NCBI GenBank assembly: GCA_041664925.1
Contig: JBAYJV010000001.1
Coordinates: 213,438-277,437, forward strand
Reading direction: 5' to 3'
Length of the DNA stretch: 64,000 nt
DNA from: Minisyncoccota bacterium
Lineage (GTDB): Bacteria > Patescibacteriota > Minisyncoccia > JBAYJV01
Numbering within the stretch: position 1 is the stretch's first letter; each line of letters opens with the position of its first letter. This document shows, one piece after another, positions 54,196 to 63,305 of the stretch. A model generated the notes under the pieces. That model was not told where the DNA came from, did not search any database, and was given only the letters and a program-made list of their open reading frames with translations. Position numbers and translations under genes: made by a program.

Positions 54196-54359
54196 AACAC
54201 ACCTCCGTTAGAGATTCTTAGCGAACTTTTGTGAGCCTAGAAGCTCTTACGTCCTGCCGTAGCTCCGGTTTACCGGAGCGAAGGAGGACCGCCTTTATTC
54301 TATTGTGAATGAACTTTTCCCCTTATTCTTCTTTTATCAAAGTTTTAAACGAATGTCAA
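54196..54359 (-). promoter_or_regulatory. promoter (TTGACA, weak -10) with full leader module (GGTCCTCCTTCGCTCCGGTAAACCGGAGCTACGGCAGGAC hairpin, GTAAGAGCTTCTAGGCTCAC, GCTAAGAATCTCTAACGGAGG)
   Basis: direct reading; perfect palindrome GTGTTACCaGGTAACAC at 54383-54399 just upstream. Confidence 0.55.
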
Positions 54360-54514
54360 AGAAATCGTATGTTATATTATGTAGTGTTACCAGGTAACAC
54401 TAAATAAACCCCGCACCAATTTGGTACGGGGTTCTTAATTTTGTTTCTTTTCGCTTTACTCAAAGACAAAATTAGAAAAAAGCGCCGAGTCTGACTCAGC
54501 GCCATGATTTAGAA

Positions 54515-54838
54515 CTAAGCATGCGGAAGTTGTTCTTCCCACAATTGCTTATCTTCTCCCAATAACCGATTTTTAATCGGCTTAAGTTGAATGGCAAGTT
54601 CTTCTTCACTTAATGTTCTTGGATCAACTCCTAATTGATTTGTTAATTCTTTGCGAAAACGCCTCATAACTACTTCGATTAACTTACTCTTAGGAACCTG
54701 ACATGCTTCTGAAAGCACCTCGAGAAAATCACAGACATCGGCTGTAATATTAAATTTCTATTCAATTGTTCGCTTCGAGGTACCCACGGTACAGTACCCA
54801 ATCCTTCACGAACTTTAACATCTTCTCTTTTCATCTTT
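54515..54838 (-). pseudogene. small gene apparently split by a frameshift: 51-aa ORF from ATG 54838 (leader + SD) overlaps a GTG-started 67-aa ORF (54718-54515) in another frame
   Basis: direct translation of both frames; terminator at 54478-54510. Confidence 0.35.
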
Positions 54839-54956
54839 CCTCCTATTAGATTCTCTTTGTGAGTTTACGAACATCAGAAAATCTTACATCCTGAGTTTAT
54901 CGAAGGATTATTTTTAAGAACTATTAATATCTTACTATTATTTCAATTTATGTCAA
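54839..54956 (-). promoter_or_regulatory. promoter TTGACA-16-TAAGAT with leader (AGTTCTTAAAAATAATCCTTCGATAAACTCAGGAT, GTAAGATTTTCTGA..., ACTCACAAAGAGAATCTAATAGGAGG)
   Basis: closely related to the leader at 62294-62532. Confidence 0.6.
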
Positions 54957-55010
54957 GGGTTAATGTTGTTATTAATCAAAAAGGAGACACTTTCTCTGTG
55001 TCCCCTCGTT

Positions 55011-55217
55011 TTATACAGAAATACTTTTTTTCAAAGAACGATTTTTGAAATAGGCATAGATTTTCCCTCGCCGCCTTGTATACCTCTCTGGACTCCACGT
55101 CCAAACATCATGAATGGGAATTCCTGCGATAAGAAACGAGATGCAAGGTCCAATTACAGCAAATACCGCTGCGCCAAATACGCACATTATCGCAAATTCA
55201 ACAAAACTCAATTCCAT
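55011..55217 (-). CDS. small membrane protein (68 aa)
   Basis: SD AAGGGAGG 6 nt before ATG; preferred over the overlapping + strand ORF. Confidence 0.45.
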   Translation of the reverse strand: MELSFVEFAIMCVFGAAVFAVIGPCISFLIAGIPIHDVWTWSPERYTRRRGKIYAYFKNRSLKKSISV

Positions 55218-55344
55218 TTTTCCTCCCTTTGGCTTCTAATAAAATGATATCAAAATTTGTTTTTAAATCAACTTTAATCCACTTTTAGTCATCATCCTTT
55301 TAATGGTATAATAGATCTAATGAATTAGAAAACATAAATAGTTT

Positions 55345-55725
55345 TTGGTTTTGTTGTTTGTTTTTATTGTTTCTATGAATACTGTTTCTTATGCCATAAA
55401 AGGATTGTTGCGAAGTTTTTTGGGATTTTTTGGCGATTGGTATCTCGTTTTTCCTCAAATTTATTGGAAAAAAACGCTTAAATTTACCAAAGAACTTGAT
55501 AAAAGTCTCGCCTTTAGAGAAATGGCGCGTAATTGGTTTAGTCCCCTTTATCAGGACTACAATATCGTTGGATTTTTGGTTGGTATTTGTATCAGAACTC
55601 TTTGGATTATTTTTGACTCTATTTTTTATATTTTCTTTTTCTTTTTCGCCAGCCTGATTTTTATCATCTGGCTTTTGATTTTGCCTTGCATTATTTATTT
55701 AATCTTATATAACCTCGTACCGTGA
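55345..55725 (+). CDS. hypothetical polytopic membrane protein
   Basis: stop overlaps the GTG start of the next gene (GTGA). Confidence 0.45.
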   Translation: MVLLFVFIVSMNTVSYAIKGLLRSFLGFFGDWYLVFPQIYWKKTLKFTKELDKSLAFREMARNWFSPLYQDYNIVGFLVGICIRTLWIIFDSIFYIFFFFFASLIFIIWLLILPCIIYLILYNLVP

Positions 55726-58292
55726 ATCAAGAAACAAACAATCCCAAAGAAGAACAGACAGAAAAGACTTTTGGTTATTTATATTTCAAAGACCCACTAG
55801 TTGAGCTTCCTAAAACATTTCGCTTCCCCCTTCTTTTAATATCTTTTGCTGTTTGGGGATTGATAACTTTAGTTAGTTTTCTGGGGATTCTTTTTGGTAT
55901 ATTTCGCGTACTAGAAAACGGCAATTTCGAACCAGATCCGGTATTGTCATTTTTTTGGTTTGGAATTATTTTGATGCTTTACGCAATTCATCATTTATAC
56001 AAATCTAAAAAATCTTGGAAATCTCTCTTGGATTTAGGAAAAAGAGGTGATTTGTCCAGTACAGAAATCAATATTGCTGAATATTTCAATCCCAAGAGTA
56101 AAAAAATTCTATCTCTAGCCTATAACGAATCTAGGGTTACCAATGACCCATTAGAACTGGTTCTTTTCAAGACCCTAATCTCTACTCCAGAAACAGAAGA
56201 TTTTTTGAATCATCTTGAGCTCGATTCTGAAACCATAAACAATGAATTTAGAAATAAGATTAAAACATTTAATAGGGATTATGAATTATCAAAAGAAACG
56301 CCGAGACAATCTCTCGAAGAAATAACCCAAAGGAGCTTTGTCGAAGCCTATAATACTGGGTCATCAGATATCAGATCGTATCATTTCTTGATGGCGCTTT
56401 TTTCTAAACCTCATCCTGTCCTAGAAGATCTTTTCTTAAAACATAATATTGAGCTTGAAGATGCACGAAATGTTGCCACTTGGCTGCGCATGAAGAATAA
56501 TCTTATTGTTTCTAGGCAAAGACCTCGTCGAGTCAAACATAAAGTAATGAATCGATCGTTTACGGCAAAACCGACTTATTTTCTTGATAGTTTTAGTGAT
56601 GATCTAACTGATTTGGCGCGTCATGGTGTTTTTGCTTCCCTTATTGGCCATCAAGAGGAATATAAGGAAATGATCAATATTCTAAATCAAGATGCAAGAA
56701 ATAACGCTTTAATTGTCGGAAGCGCCGGTAGTGGCAGACAAGCCATCATCAACGAATTAGCTCGAAGAATTTCAATAGACGATATTCCAAAAAACCTCTA
56801 CGACAAAAGATTGGTTTGTTTAGATGCAGGCAGTATGCTAGCGGGACTCAAAACGCCGGGAGAACTCCAAGAAAGACTTCAGAAAATTATGGATGAAATT
56901 ATCGCCTCAAAGAATATCATTCTAGGCATTCCCCAGATTCACGACTTAATCCGTGCTGTTGAAAATCAATCACTTTCCTTTATGAGCTTTTTTGGTCCCG
57001 TATTTGAATCTGTTAATTTTCCTTTAATTGCCTCAACTGATGAAACTAACTATCACCAACTTATCGAAAAGAGAAGTGACCTAGCTGGAACATTTAATAT
57101 TGTAAAAATAAAAGAGATATCAAGAGAAGATGCTTTCAAGTTTTTAATAAGAGAAGCGATTGTTTTTGAAAAACAAGGAGGAGTTGCGATTGGTCATTTT
57201 GCCATAAAGGAAGCTATTGATTTATCTGAGCGTTTCATTAAAAATCGCCTCTTGCCAAGCAAAGCTTATGATCTTTTAACTCAGGCTGTTGAAGAGGCAA
57301 AAACAAAAGGAAAGAAATTTATAACCCGAGAAGATATTGGCGTTAGTCTTTCAAAATCAACCGGGATTCCTGTTGGTCAAGCCAGTACTGGTGAAGCAAA
57401 AGAACTTTTAAACTTAGAAGAAAAACTTCATGAAAAAATGATTGATCAAGAACCTGCCGTTAAGGCGGTAAGCGAAGTCTTAAGACAAGCTAGGGCAGGG
57501 CTTGAAAGACGTACTGGCCCAATCGGCACTTTTCTTTTTGTTGGTCCAACCGGCGTCGGTAAAACCGAGCTTGCCAAGGCATTAGCTGAAACATATTTTG
57601 GCGGCGAAGAAAGAATGGTTAGATTTGATATGTCAGAATATCAATCATCCGACAGTATTTACCGATTAATTGGAACCAAAGATAGTGGAGGATTTCTGAC
57701 AGAAAAAATCAAGAATCAGCCTTTTTGCCTCTTGCTTTTAGATGAATTTGAAAAAGCTTATCATGATGTTTTAAATCTTTTCCTTCAAGTTTTTGAAGAT
57801 GGTCGTATTACCGATGAATTGGGAAATGTTGTTGATTTTACCAATACGATTATTATTGCCACTTCAAATGCCCACGCTGTTTTAATTCAAGAAAAACTCA
57901 AAGAAGGAATGGCAATTCAAGAGCTGCAAAAACTTATTAGAGAAAAACTTACCGACATTTATCGCCCAGAACTTTTAAATAGGTTTGATGAAGTTATTGT
58001 TTTTAAAACCTTAGAAGCCAAAGAATTGGAACAGATTGCTGTTCTGAAATTAAAAACTCTTTTTACTAGACTTGAAGAAGAACAAAGTGTAAAATTCTCA
58101 ATAACCCAAGAAGCGCTCAAGAAAATTTCTGAGCTTGGCTACGATCCCCAAAACGGCGCTCGCCCCATTAGACGCGCCATTTCTAAATATATAAACAATT
58201 TAATTGCCAATGCCATTTTGACTGGAGAATTGAAAAAAGGAGAAAGTTATAGTATAGATTTTATAGATAATAAATTTATCATAAAAGCGTAA
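55722..58292 (+). CDS. membrane-anchored Clp/Hsp100-like AAA+ ATPase (2 TM + Clp_N repeats + degenerate D1 + intact D2)
   Basis: D2 Walker A GPTGVGKTELAKALAE and Walker B LLLLDEFEKA; D1 P-loop reads GSAGSGRQA (no Lys). Confidence 0.65.
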   Translation: MNQETNNPKEEQTEKTFGYLYFKDPLVELPKTFRFPLLLISFAVWGLITLVSFLGILFGIFRVLENGNFEPDPVLSFFWFGIILMLYAIHHLYKSKKSWKSLLDLGKRGDLSSTEINIAEYFNPKSKKILSLAYNESRVTNDPLELVLFKTLISTPETEDFLNHLELDSETINNEFRNKIKTFNRDYELSKETPRQSLEEITQRSFVEAYNTGSSDIRSYHFLMALFSKPHPVLEDLFLKHNIELEDARNVATWLRMKNNLIVSRQRPRRVKHKVMNRSFTAKPTYFLDSFSDDLTDLARHGVFASLIGHQEEYKEMINILNQDARNNALIVGSAGSGRQAIINELARRISIDDIPKNLYDKRLVCLDAGSMLAGLKTPGELQERLQKIMDEIIASKNIILGIPQIHDLIRAVENQSLSFMSFFGPVFESVNFPLIASTDETNYHQLIEKRSDLAGTFNIVKIKEISREDAFKFLIREAIVFEKQGGVAIGHFAIKEAIDLSERFIKNRLLPSKAYDLLTQAVEEAKTKGKKFITREDIGVSLSKSTGIPVGQASTGEAKELLNLEEKLHEKMIDQEPAVKAVSEVLRQARAGLERRTGPIGTFLFVGPTGVGKTELAKALAETYFGGEERMVRFDMSEYQSSDSIYRLIGTKDSGGFLTEKIKNQPFCLLLLDEFEKAYHDVLNLFLQVFEDGRITDELGNVVDFTNTIIIATSNAHAVLIQEKLKEGMAIQELQKLIREKLTDIYRPELLNRFDEVIVFKTLEAKELEQIAVLKLKTLFTRLEEEQSVKFSITQEALKKISELGYDPQNGARPIRRAISKYINNLIANAILTGELKKGESYSIDFIDNKFIIKA

Positions 58293-58293
58293 A

Positions 58294-58680
58294 ATGCAAA
58301 GCGAAAAGCGTAAAACAACAATGCAAAATTCAAAACTAGATCTAAAGAAACGTGCTTATGTTTATGCTTTAGATATTATAAAATTTATCAATACTTTGCC
58401 CAATAATAAAACGGTTGATGTTTTAACAAAACAATTACTAAGGAGCGCAACAAGTGTTGGTGCCAATATAATTGAGGCACAAGCAGGAAGAACCCGAAAA
58501 GATTTTGTCAATTTTTTTACACATGCCTTGAAATCGGCCAATGAAAGCGTATTCTGGCTTTGTCTTTTAAAGGATAGCCACAACGCAAATTTAGATTCAA
58601 CAGAAAAGCTCATAAAAGAAACTCAAGAACTTGCAAATATCTTAGGGGCAAGTATTTTAACTCTTAAGGGCAGAAGATAG
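58294..58680 (+). CDS. four-helix-bundle protein (TIGR02436-like; start possibly at 58321)
   Basis: LLRSATSVGANIIEAQAGRTRKDFVNFFTHALKSANES pattern. Confidence 0.6.
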   Translation: MQSEKRKTTMQNSKLDLKKRAYVYALDIIKFINTLPNNKTVDVLTKQLLRSATSVGANIIEAQAGRTRKDFVNFFTHALKSANESVFWLCLLKDSHNANLDSTEKLIKETQELANILGASILTLKGRR

Positions 58681-58733
58681 TTTTAAATTTTAAATTTTTA
58701 TTCTACGCTTTGCGCTTTACATTTTAAGTTTTT

Positions 58734-60167
58734 ATGTCTAACCAAGAAATATCTAAAATTTTATATGAAATATCGGAATATTTAGAGATGGAAGATGAGC
58801 CGTTTCGTCCGATTGCCTATAACAGAGCAGCCCGCGTGATTGATTTGCAAAACCGAAGCCTTTCGGCAATTTATGATCGTGAAGGCATCAAGGGACTTGA
58901 TAGAATTCCTGGCATTGGCCAAGAAATTTCCAAGAAAATTGAGGAATTGCTTTTGACTGGTAGATTACAATATCTTGAAAAACTCAAAGCCGAATCGCCC
59001 GTTGATGTATCAACCCTCACAAAGATAGAAGGATTGGGCCCTAAAAAAATAAAGACACTTTATCGCGAATTAGATATTCGAAACCTTGATGATTTGGTAA
59101 AAGCTGTTCAATCTCACAAGATCAGAGACCTTGATGGTTTCGGTGAAAAATCAGAAGCCAATATTTTAAAAGGGATTGATGCTTTAAAAAATCAAAAAGA
59201 AAGATTGCCCCTTGAAAAGGTCCTGCCTGTCGCCCGAGACATTAAGCAAAAATTGGCATCGCTTCCAGAAGTAAAAAAAGTTGAAATCGCTGGATCGATT
59301 AGAAGGAAAAAAGAAACCGTTGGTGATATTGACGTTTTAGTAGTATCTGATGATCCGAATAAGGTTGCTGATTTTTTTGTAACCCTTCCTCAGATCGTTG
59401 ATGTATACGGTAAGGGAAAAACCAAGTCATCTGGAAGATTAGATATCGGCATTGATGTTGATTTGCGAATTGTTCCGGAAGATTCCTTTGGAGCAGCACT
59501 TCAATATTTTACTGGAAGCCAAGTCCATAATATTAAATTAAGAAGCCTTGCACGTAAAAAGGGCTATAAATTGAGTGAATACGGACTTTTTAAGGGAAAT
59601 GAAAAAATTGCCGGTAAAACCGAAGAAGAAATTTACCAAAAACTTGGTATCAGATATATCGAACCAGAAAAAAGAAAAGGAGAAAACGAAATTGTCATTA
59701 CTGATACCAATATTCACGAAAAATCAGTAGGCACAGTCATTTTTTATAAAACACAGAATAAAAAAATTGAGTACCTGTTACTTCATTATCCTAAAGGAGT
59801 AAGAACAAAATTTCATGGACATTGGGACCATGTGAAGGGCCATGTTGATGAAGGGGAAAGTGAAACAGAAACATTAATCCGAGAAATTGAAGAAGAAACT
59901 GGACTTATACACGGTGACCTTGAAATCATAGACGGATTTAGAGAGGACATCCATTACAATTTTAGAACCGAACGCGGTCTTCATTATAAAGAAGTTATTT
60001 TCTATTTGGTCCGTTCGAATACAAAAGAAGTTCATATCTCTGAAGAACATGATGATTACAAATGGCTCTTGTACGAAGATGCGCTTGAGACAATTACTTT
60101 TCAGGGAGGAAAAGATATTTTGACAAAAGCAAATGCGTTTTCTATAAAAATGTTTCATGACCAATGA
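58734..60167 (+). CDS. DNA polymerase beta-like (PolX) nucleotidyltransferase fused to a C-terminal NUDIX hydrolase domain
   Basis: HhH-rich N-terminus, GSIRRKKETVGDIDVLV PolX box; C-terminal GHVDEGESETETLIREIEEETGL Nudix box. Confidence 0.65.
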   Translation: MSNQEISKILYEISEYLEMEDEPFRPIAYNRAARVIDLQNRSLSAIYDREGIKGLDRIPGIGQEISKKIEELLLTGRLQYLEKLKAESPVDVSTLTKIEGLGPKKIKTLYRELDIRNLDDLVKAVQSHKIRDLDGFGEKSEANILKGIDALKNQKERLPLEKVLPVARDIKQKLASLPEVKKVEIAGSIRRKKETVGDIDVLVVSDDPNKVADFFVTLPQIVDVYGKGKTKSSGRLDIGIDVDLRIVPEDSFGAALQYFTGSQVHNIKLRSLARKKGYKLSEYGLFKGNEKIAGKTEEEIYQKLGIRYIEPEKRKGENEIVITDTNIHEKSVGTVIFYKTQNKKIEYLLLHYPKGVRTKFHGHWDHVKGHVDEGESETETLIREIEEETGLIHGDLEIIDGFREDIHYNFRTERGLHYKEVIFYLVRSNTKEVHISEEHDDYKWLLYEDALETITFQGGKDILTKANAFSIKMFHDQ

Positions 60168-60462
60168 TTTCCAAGAAAAAGTTTATGAGGCAACAAAGAA
60201 AATTCCTTGCGGCAAAGTATCAACTTATGGTATGATTGCCTGCGTTATTGGAAATTGTCTGGCATCCCGAGCGGTCGGAAACGCACTTAATAAAAATTTC
60301 AGTACCGATATTCCCTGTCACCGCGTTATTAAGTCTGATGGGACAATTGGTGGTTATCGTGGAAATATTTCCCAAAAGATTATAAAATTAGAAAAAGAAG
60401 GTGTTAAAATAAAAAATAACAAAATCGATTTAAAAAAATTTGGTTGGCTAGAAATTCCATAA
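60157..60462 (+). CDS. ogt: methylated-DNA--protein-cysteine methyltransferase, DNA-binding domain only
   Basis: PCHRVI active-site motif; overlaps the PolX-Nudix stop by 11 nt. Confidence 0.7.
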   Translation: MTNDFQEKVYEATKKIPCGKVSTYGMIACVIGNCLASRAVGNALNKNFSTDIPCHRVIKSDGTIGGYRGNISQKIIKLEKEGVKIKNNKIDLKKFGWLEIP

Positions 60463-60938
60463 TTAATAATTTTATTAATATGACAAACGAATTTGAGAAC
60501 AAAAAACCCGAATCCCTCGATCAGCAACAACGAGAATTGAATAAGGAAGAAGGAGAAATTATAAATTTAGACAATGAGTTGATTTTTAAAAAATTACACG
60601 TCAAGAGAGATGAATACGAACAGCGTATTAAGAAATACGAAGATAAAGTAGCTTCAGAAACCCTAACATTTGATGATCTCCGTGAAATTCGCGATGCGAT
60701 TCACAAAAAATTAGTTCTTGATCATCTTTTGGCAATCGGCAAAACAACTTTTGATTCAACAAAAATTTTCGTTAAGCAGGAACTTCTAAAACCAACAAGA
60801 ATAGGTAGTCGAGAAATTGATATTGGTTACGATGTTGTTGATATGATTAATGCCTGGCACGTAATTGTAGATTATGTTAAAACAGGAGGAGGAAATGTTG
60901 ATGGAGGAACAGGATTACCTGAAATAGAACAAAAATGA
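60444..60938 (+). CDS. hypothetical protein (start possibly MTNEFENK at 60480)
   Basis: ORF track. Confidence 0.4.
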   Translation: MARNSIINNFINMTNEFENKKPESLDQQQRELNKEEGEIINLDNELIFKKLHVKRDEYEQRIKKYEDKVASETLTFDDLREIRDAIHKKLVLDHLLAIGKTTFDSTKIFVKQELLKPTRIGSREIDIGYDVVDMINAWHVIVDYVKTGGGNVDGGTGLPEIEQK

Positions 60939-61378
60939 AACAAGAATATCCAAAATATAAATATATCTTTCTCTTTTTCGAAGCCATTGAAGACACGCTT
61001 CATTTTAAGCGTTTAATCCCTTATTGGTTTCCTGCTTGGTCTTGGGTGGTTTTTATCTGGTTTATGTCAAGTCGGTCAAGTTTTGATAATATTCCATGGC
61101 GACTAGATCCTGCTTGGCACCTTTTCGCTTTTGGTTTTCTTGCTTTTTGGATTTATCGCGCCTTTAGAAGCTACACATTCTCCGTATTAGATTCTTATAT
61201 TCTTGCTGCCGTAGGATCATTCCTTTATGGAGTTCTTGACGAAGTTCATCAGCTTTTCGTTCCGGGAAGAACATTTAGCGTTTTTGATATGCTAACAGAC
61301 CTTGTTGGTATTCTTGTTTTGGGACTCATTATTAGATTAGTGATTCAGTTTAAAGAAAAAAATACGCAATCAACATGA
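60935..61378 (+). CDS. VanZ-like membrane protein
   Basis: DEVHQLFVPGRTFSVFDMLTDLVG motif. Confidence 0.65.
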   Translation: MKQEYPKYKYIFLFFEAIEDTLHFKRLIPYWFPAWSWVVFIWFMSSRSSFDNIPWRLDPAWHLFAFGFLAFWIYRAFRSYTFSVLDSYILAAVGSFLYGVLDEVHQLFVPGRTFSVFDMLTDLVGILVLGLIIRLVIQFKEKNTQST

Positions 61379-62250
61379 AAATTACTAAAAAAACTCTCAT
61401 ATATTCAGCTGTCGTAGCAGCGATTATTACGCTAGCCATTATGGCTATTTTTAGAGGAAATGAAGATGATTGGATTTGCGAAAATCACCAATGGGTAAAA
61501 CATGGCCATCCTTCAGCTTCTATGCCATCAGAACCGTGCGGCAATATTGTCCTTGATAAACCTACTATCAACGAAGAAATAACAAGCCCGCTTTTGATTG
61601 AAGGACGCGCCCGAGGCACTTGGTATTTTGAAGCCAGTTTCCCTATTAAATTAATAGACGGTGCTGGTAATGTTCTTGCTACCGGTATTGCTCAAGCTCA
61701 GGGCGATTGGATGACAGAAGATTTTGTGCCATTTAAAGCAAGCCTTGATTTCAAAGTAGATACGCTGACAATTGCCAATCTTGTTTTAGTAAAAGACAAT
61801 CCCTCTGGTCTTCCGGAAAATGACGACCAAATGAGTGTGCCGATTAATCTTATTTCTTCTGAAAAAATGACCATTAATGTTTATTTTAATAATTCCAAGC
61901 TCGATCCAGAAATTACTTGTGAAAAAGTTTTTCCCGTTAAAAGAGAAATTCCCAAAACTCAAGCAGTCGCTAGAGCTGCCATTGAGGAACTTCTCAAGGG
62001 TCCAACCGATGAAGAAAAACAAGAAGAATATTCAACTGCCATCAATGACGGTGTTAAAGTTCAAAGCCTAACTATCGATAAAGAAATCGCTAAGATTGAT
62101 TTTAACAAACAATTAGAATTTCAAGTTGGCGGATCGTGTCGAGTCGCTGCGATTGCTCATCAAATCACCGAAACCTTAAAACAATTTTTGACAGTTAAAG
62201 ATGTTATTATATCAATCGATGGTCGAACTGAAGATATTTTACAGCCTTAA
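61375..62250 (+). CDS. Gmad2 + GerMN domain lipoprotein-like protein
   Basis: N-terminal TM, Gmad2-like Ig region, C-terminal GerMN-like segment. Confidence 0.5.
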   Translation: MKITKKTLIYSAVVAAIITLAIMAIFRGNEDDWICENHQWVKHGHPSASMPSEPCGNIVLDKPTINEEITSPLLIEGRARGTWYFEASFPIKLIDGAGNVLATGIAQAQGDWMTEDFVPFKASLDFKVDTLTIANLVLVKDNPSGLPENDDQMSVPINLISSEKMTINVYFNNSKLDPEITCEKVFPVKREIPKTQAVARAAIEELLKGPTDEEKQEEYSTAINDGVKVQSLTIDKEIAKIDFNKQLEFQVGGSCRVAAIAHQITETLKQFLTVKDVIISIDGRTEDILQP

Positions 62251-62293
62251 AAAATAATTATTTATCAAAAAACCGCGTCAAATGCGGTTTTTT

Positions 62294-62532
62294 GTTTGAC
62301 AACAGGTATTAATTATGATAAATAGATACTAGTCCTATAAATCAGTTCTTTTAAAAATCCTTCGACTTCGCTCAGGACAAGCTCCTTCGACTTCGCTCAG
62401 GACAAGCTCCTTCGACTTCGCTCAGGACAAGCTCCTTCGACCCTTCAATTAAATTCAGGGCAGGCTTCGCTCAGGATGTAATTTTTTCTAAACCTCACAT
62501 CCGTTCGGCAAGAAAAACTAACAGGAGGAAAT
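62294..62532 (+). promoter_or_regulatory. promoter TTGACA-17-TAAATA and long leader of the same family, expanded by a tandem triplication
   Basis: AGTTCTTTTAAAAATCCTTCGACTTCGCTCAGGAC..., GTAATTTTTTCTAAACCTCAC, AAGAAAAACTAACAGGAGG. Confidence 0.55.
62359..62440 (+). repeat. 25-nt unit CCTTCGACTTCGCTCAGGACAAGCT x3 plus a partial 4th copy inside the leader
   Basis: perfect tandem copies. Confidence 0.9.
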
Positions 62533-62895
62533 ATGGCAAATCGGAAAATAGAAATCACGAAAAGCATAAAAAATTTTCTAGGATCAGTCCTAGTAACTTT
62601 TAAGATGATGGAGTTAATTATGTTTTATTGCCTTTTCTACATAGATTGTCCTATTTATGTGGATCATGAGAATGCTACTGTTTATGCAAAGACTGAAAAA
62701 ATGACAAAGAAAAAAAGAATCAGACGATCTGTGTGGGCATACATTATGTCTACGTTCCTATTTCTTATAGCGCTTGCTATTATGTCAACTCCTAGTGAAC
62801 TCTTTGTTGTCGGATGTATTTTAGGAATCATGTCTATCGGTTTAAATTCTATAGCATACTTCGACTTGACTAAGGTCACATCTATAAAAGCGTAG
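62533..62895 (+). CDS. hypothetical membrane protein (120 aa)
   Basis: SD CAGGAGG. Confidence 0.5.
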   Translation: MANRKIEITKSIKNFLGSVLVTFKMMELIMFYCLFYIDCPIYVDHENATVYAKTEKMTKKKRIRRSVWAYIMSTFLFLIALAIMSTPSELFVVGCILGIMSIGLNSIAYFDLTKVTSIKA

Positions 62896-62905
62896 AGGAG
62901 GAAAG

Positions 62906-63259
62906 ATGGCACAGGAAAGAACTTTCAGGAAAATCCGCATCGATAAATACACAAGAGATCTTTTGAAAAAAGCAGGAATTGAAAAAGCTTCTCGCTTTCC
63001 TCTTAAGGTCTCACAAGATCAAGTTGATGCGCTGAAAACAACCCTGGAGGCAATATTGCCAAAAGAGCGATCTGATTTCAGGTTTACAACCGCAGAAGAC
63101 AGTTCTGGTATCTATATTGTTTGTCTAGGTCCTTCTGGTTTTACGGCTACGCAATTCCTGAAGATAATGAGCTTGAATCCTGGTGTTGATTGGAAAAAGA
63201 TGAGAGTTTATAGTCCTTTTTGTCGAAGACCTCCGTTCTTTGCCTTCGCTTGCGCTTAA
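62906..63259 (+). CDS. hypothetical 117-aa protein
   Basis: SD GAGGAGG. Confidence 0.5.
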   Translation: MAQERTFRKIRIDKYTRDLLKKAGIEKASRFPLKVSQDQVDALKTTLEAILPKERSDFRFTTAEDSSGIYIVCLGPSGFTATQFLKIMSLNPGVDWKKMRVYSPFCRRPPFFAFACA

Positions 63260-63262
63260 ACA

Positions 63263-63297
63263 AAAAACCCCGGAAAGCCGGGGTCTTTTTTTTATTC
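63263..63297. terminator. bidirectional terminator AAAACCCCGGAAAGCCGGGGTCTTTTTTTT (CCCCGG family)
   Basis: between convergent genes. Confidence 0.75.
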
Positions 63298-63305
63298 TAA
63301 ATTCT

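Noticed and set aside
54963-55247. 94-aa + strand ORF
   Set aside because: Overlaps the SD-equipped minus-strand small membrane ORF 55011-55217. It has no SD of its own.
62359-62440. Possible CRISPR array (direct 25-nt repeats)
   Set aside because: Repeats abut directly with no spacers. There are only 3.3 copies and no cas genes. The unit is a duplicated piece of the 5' leader.
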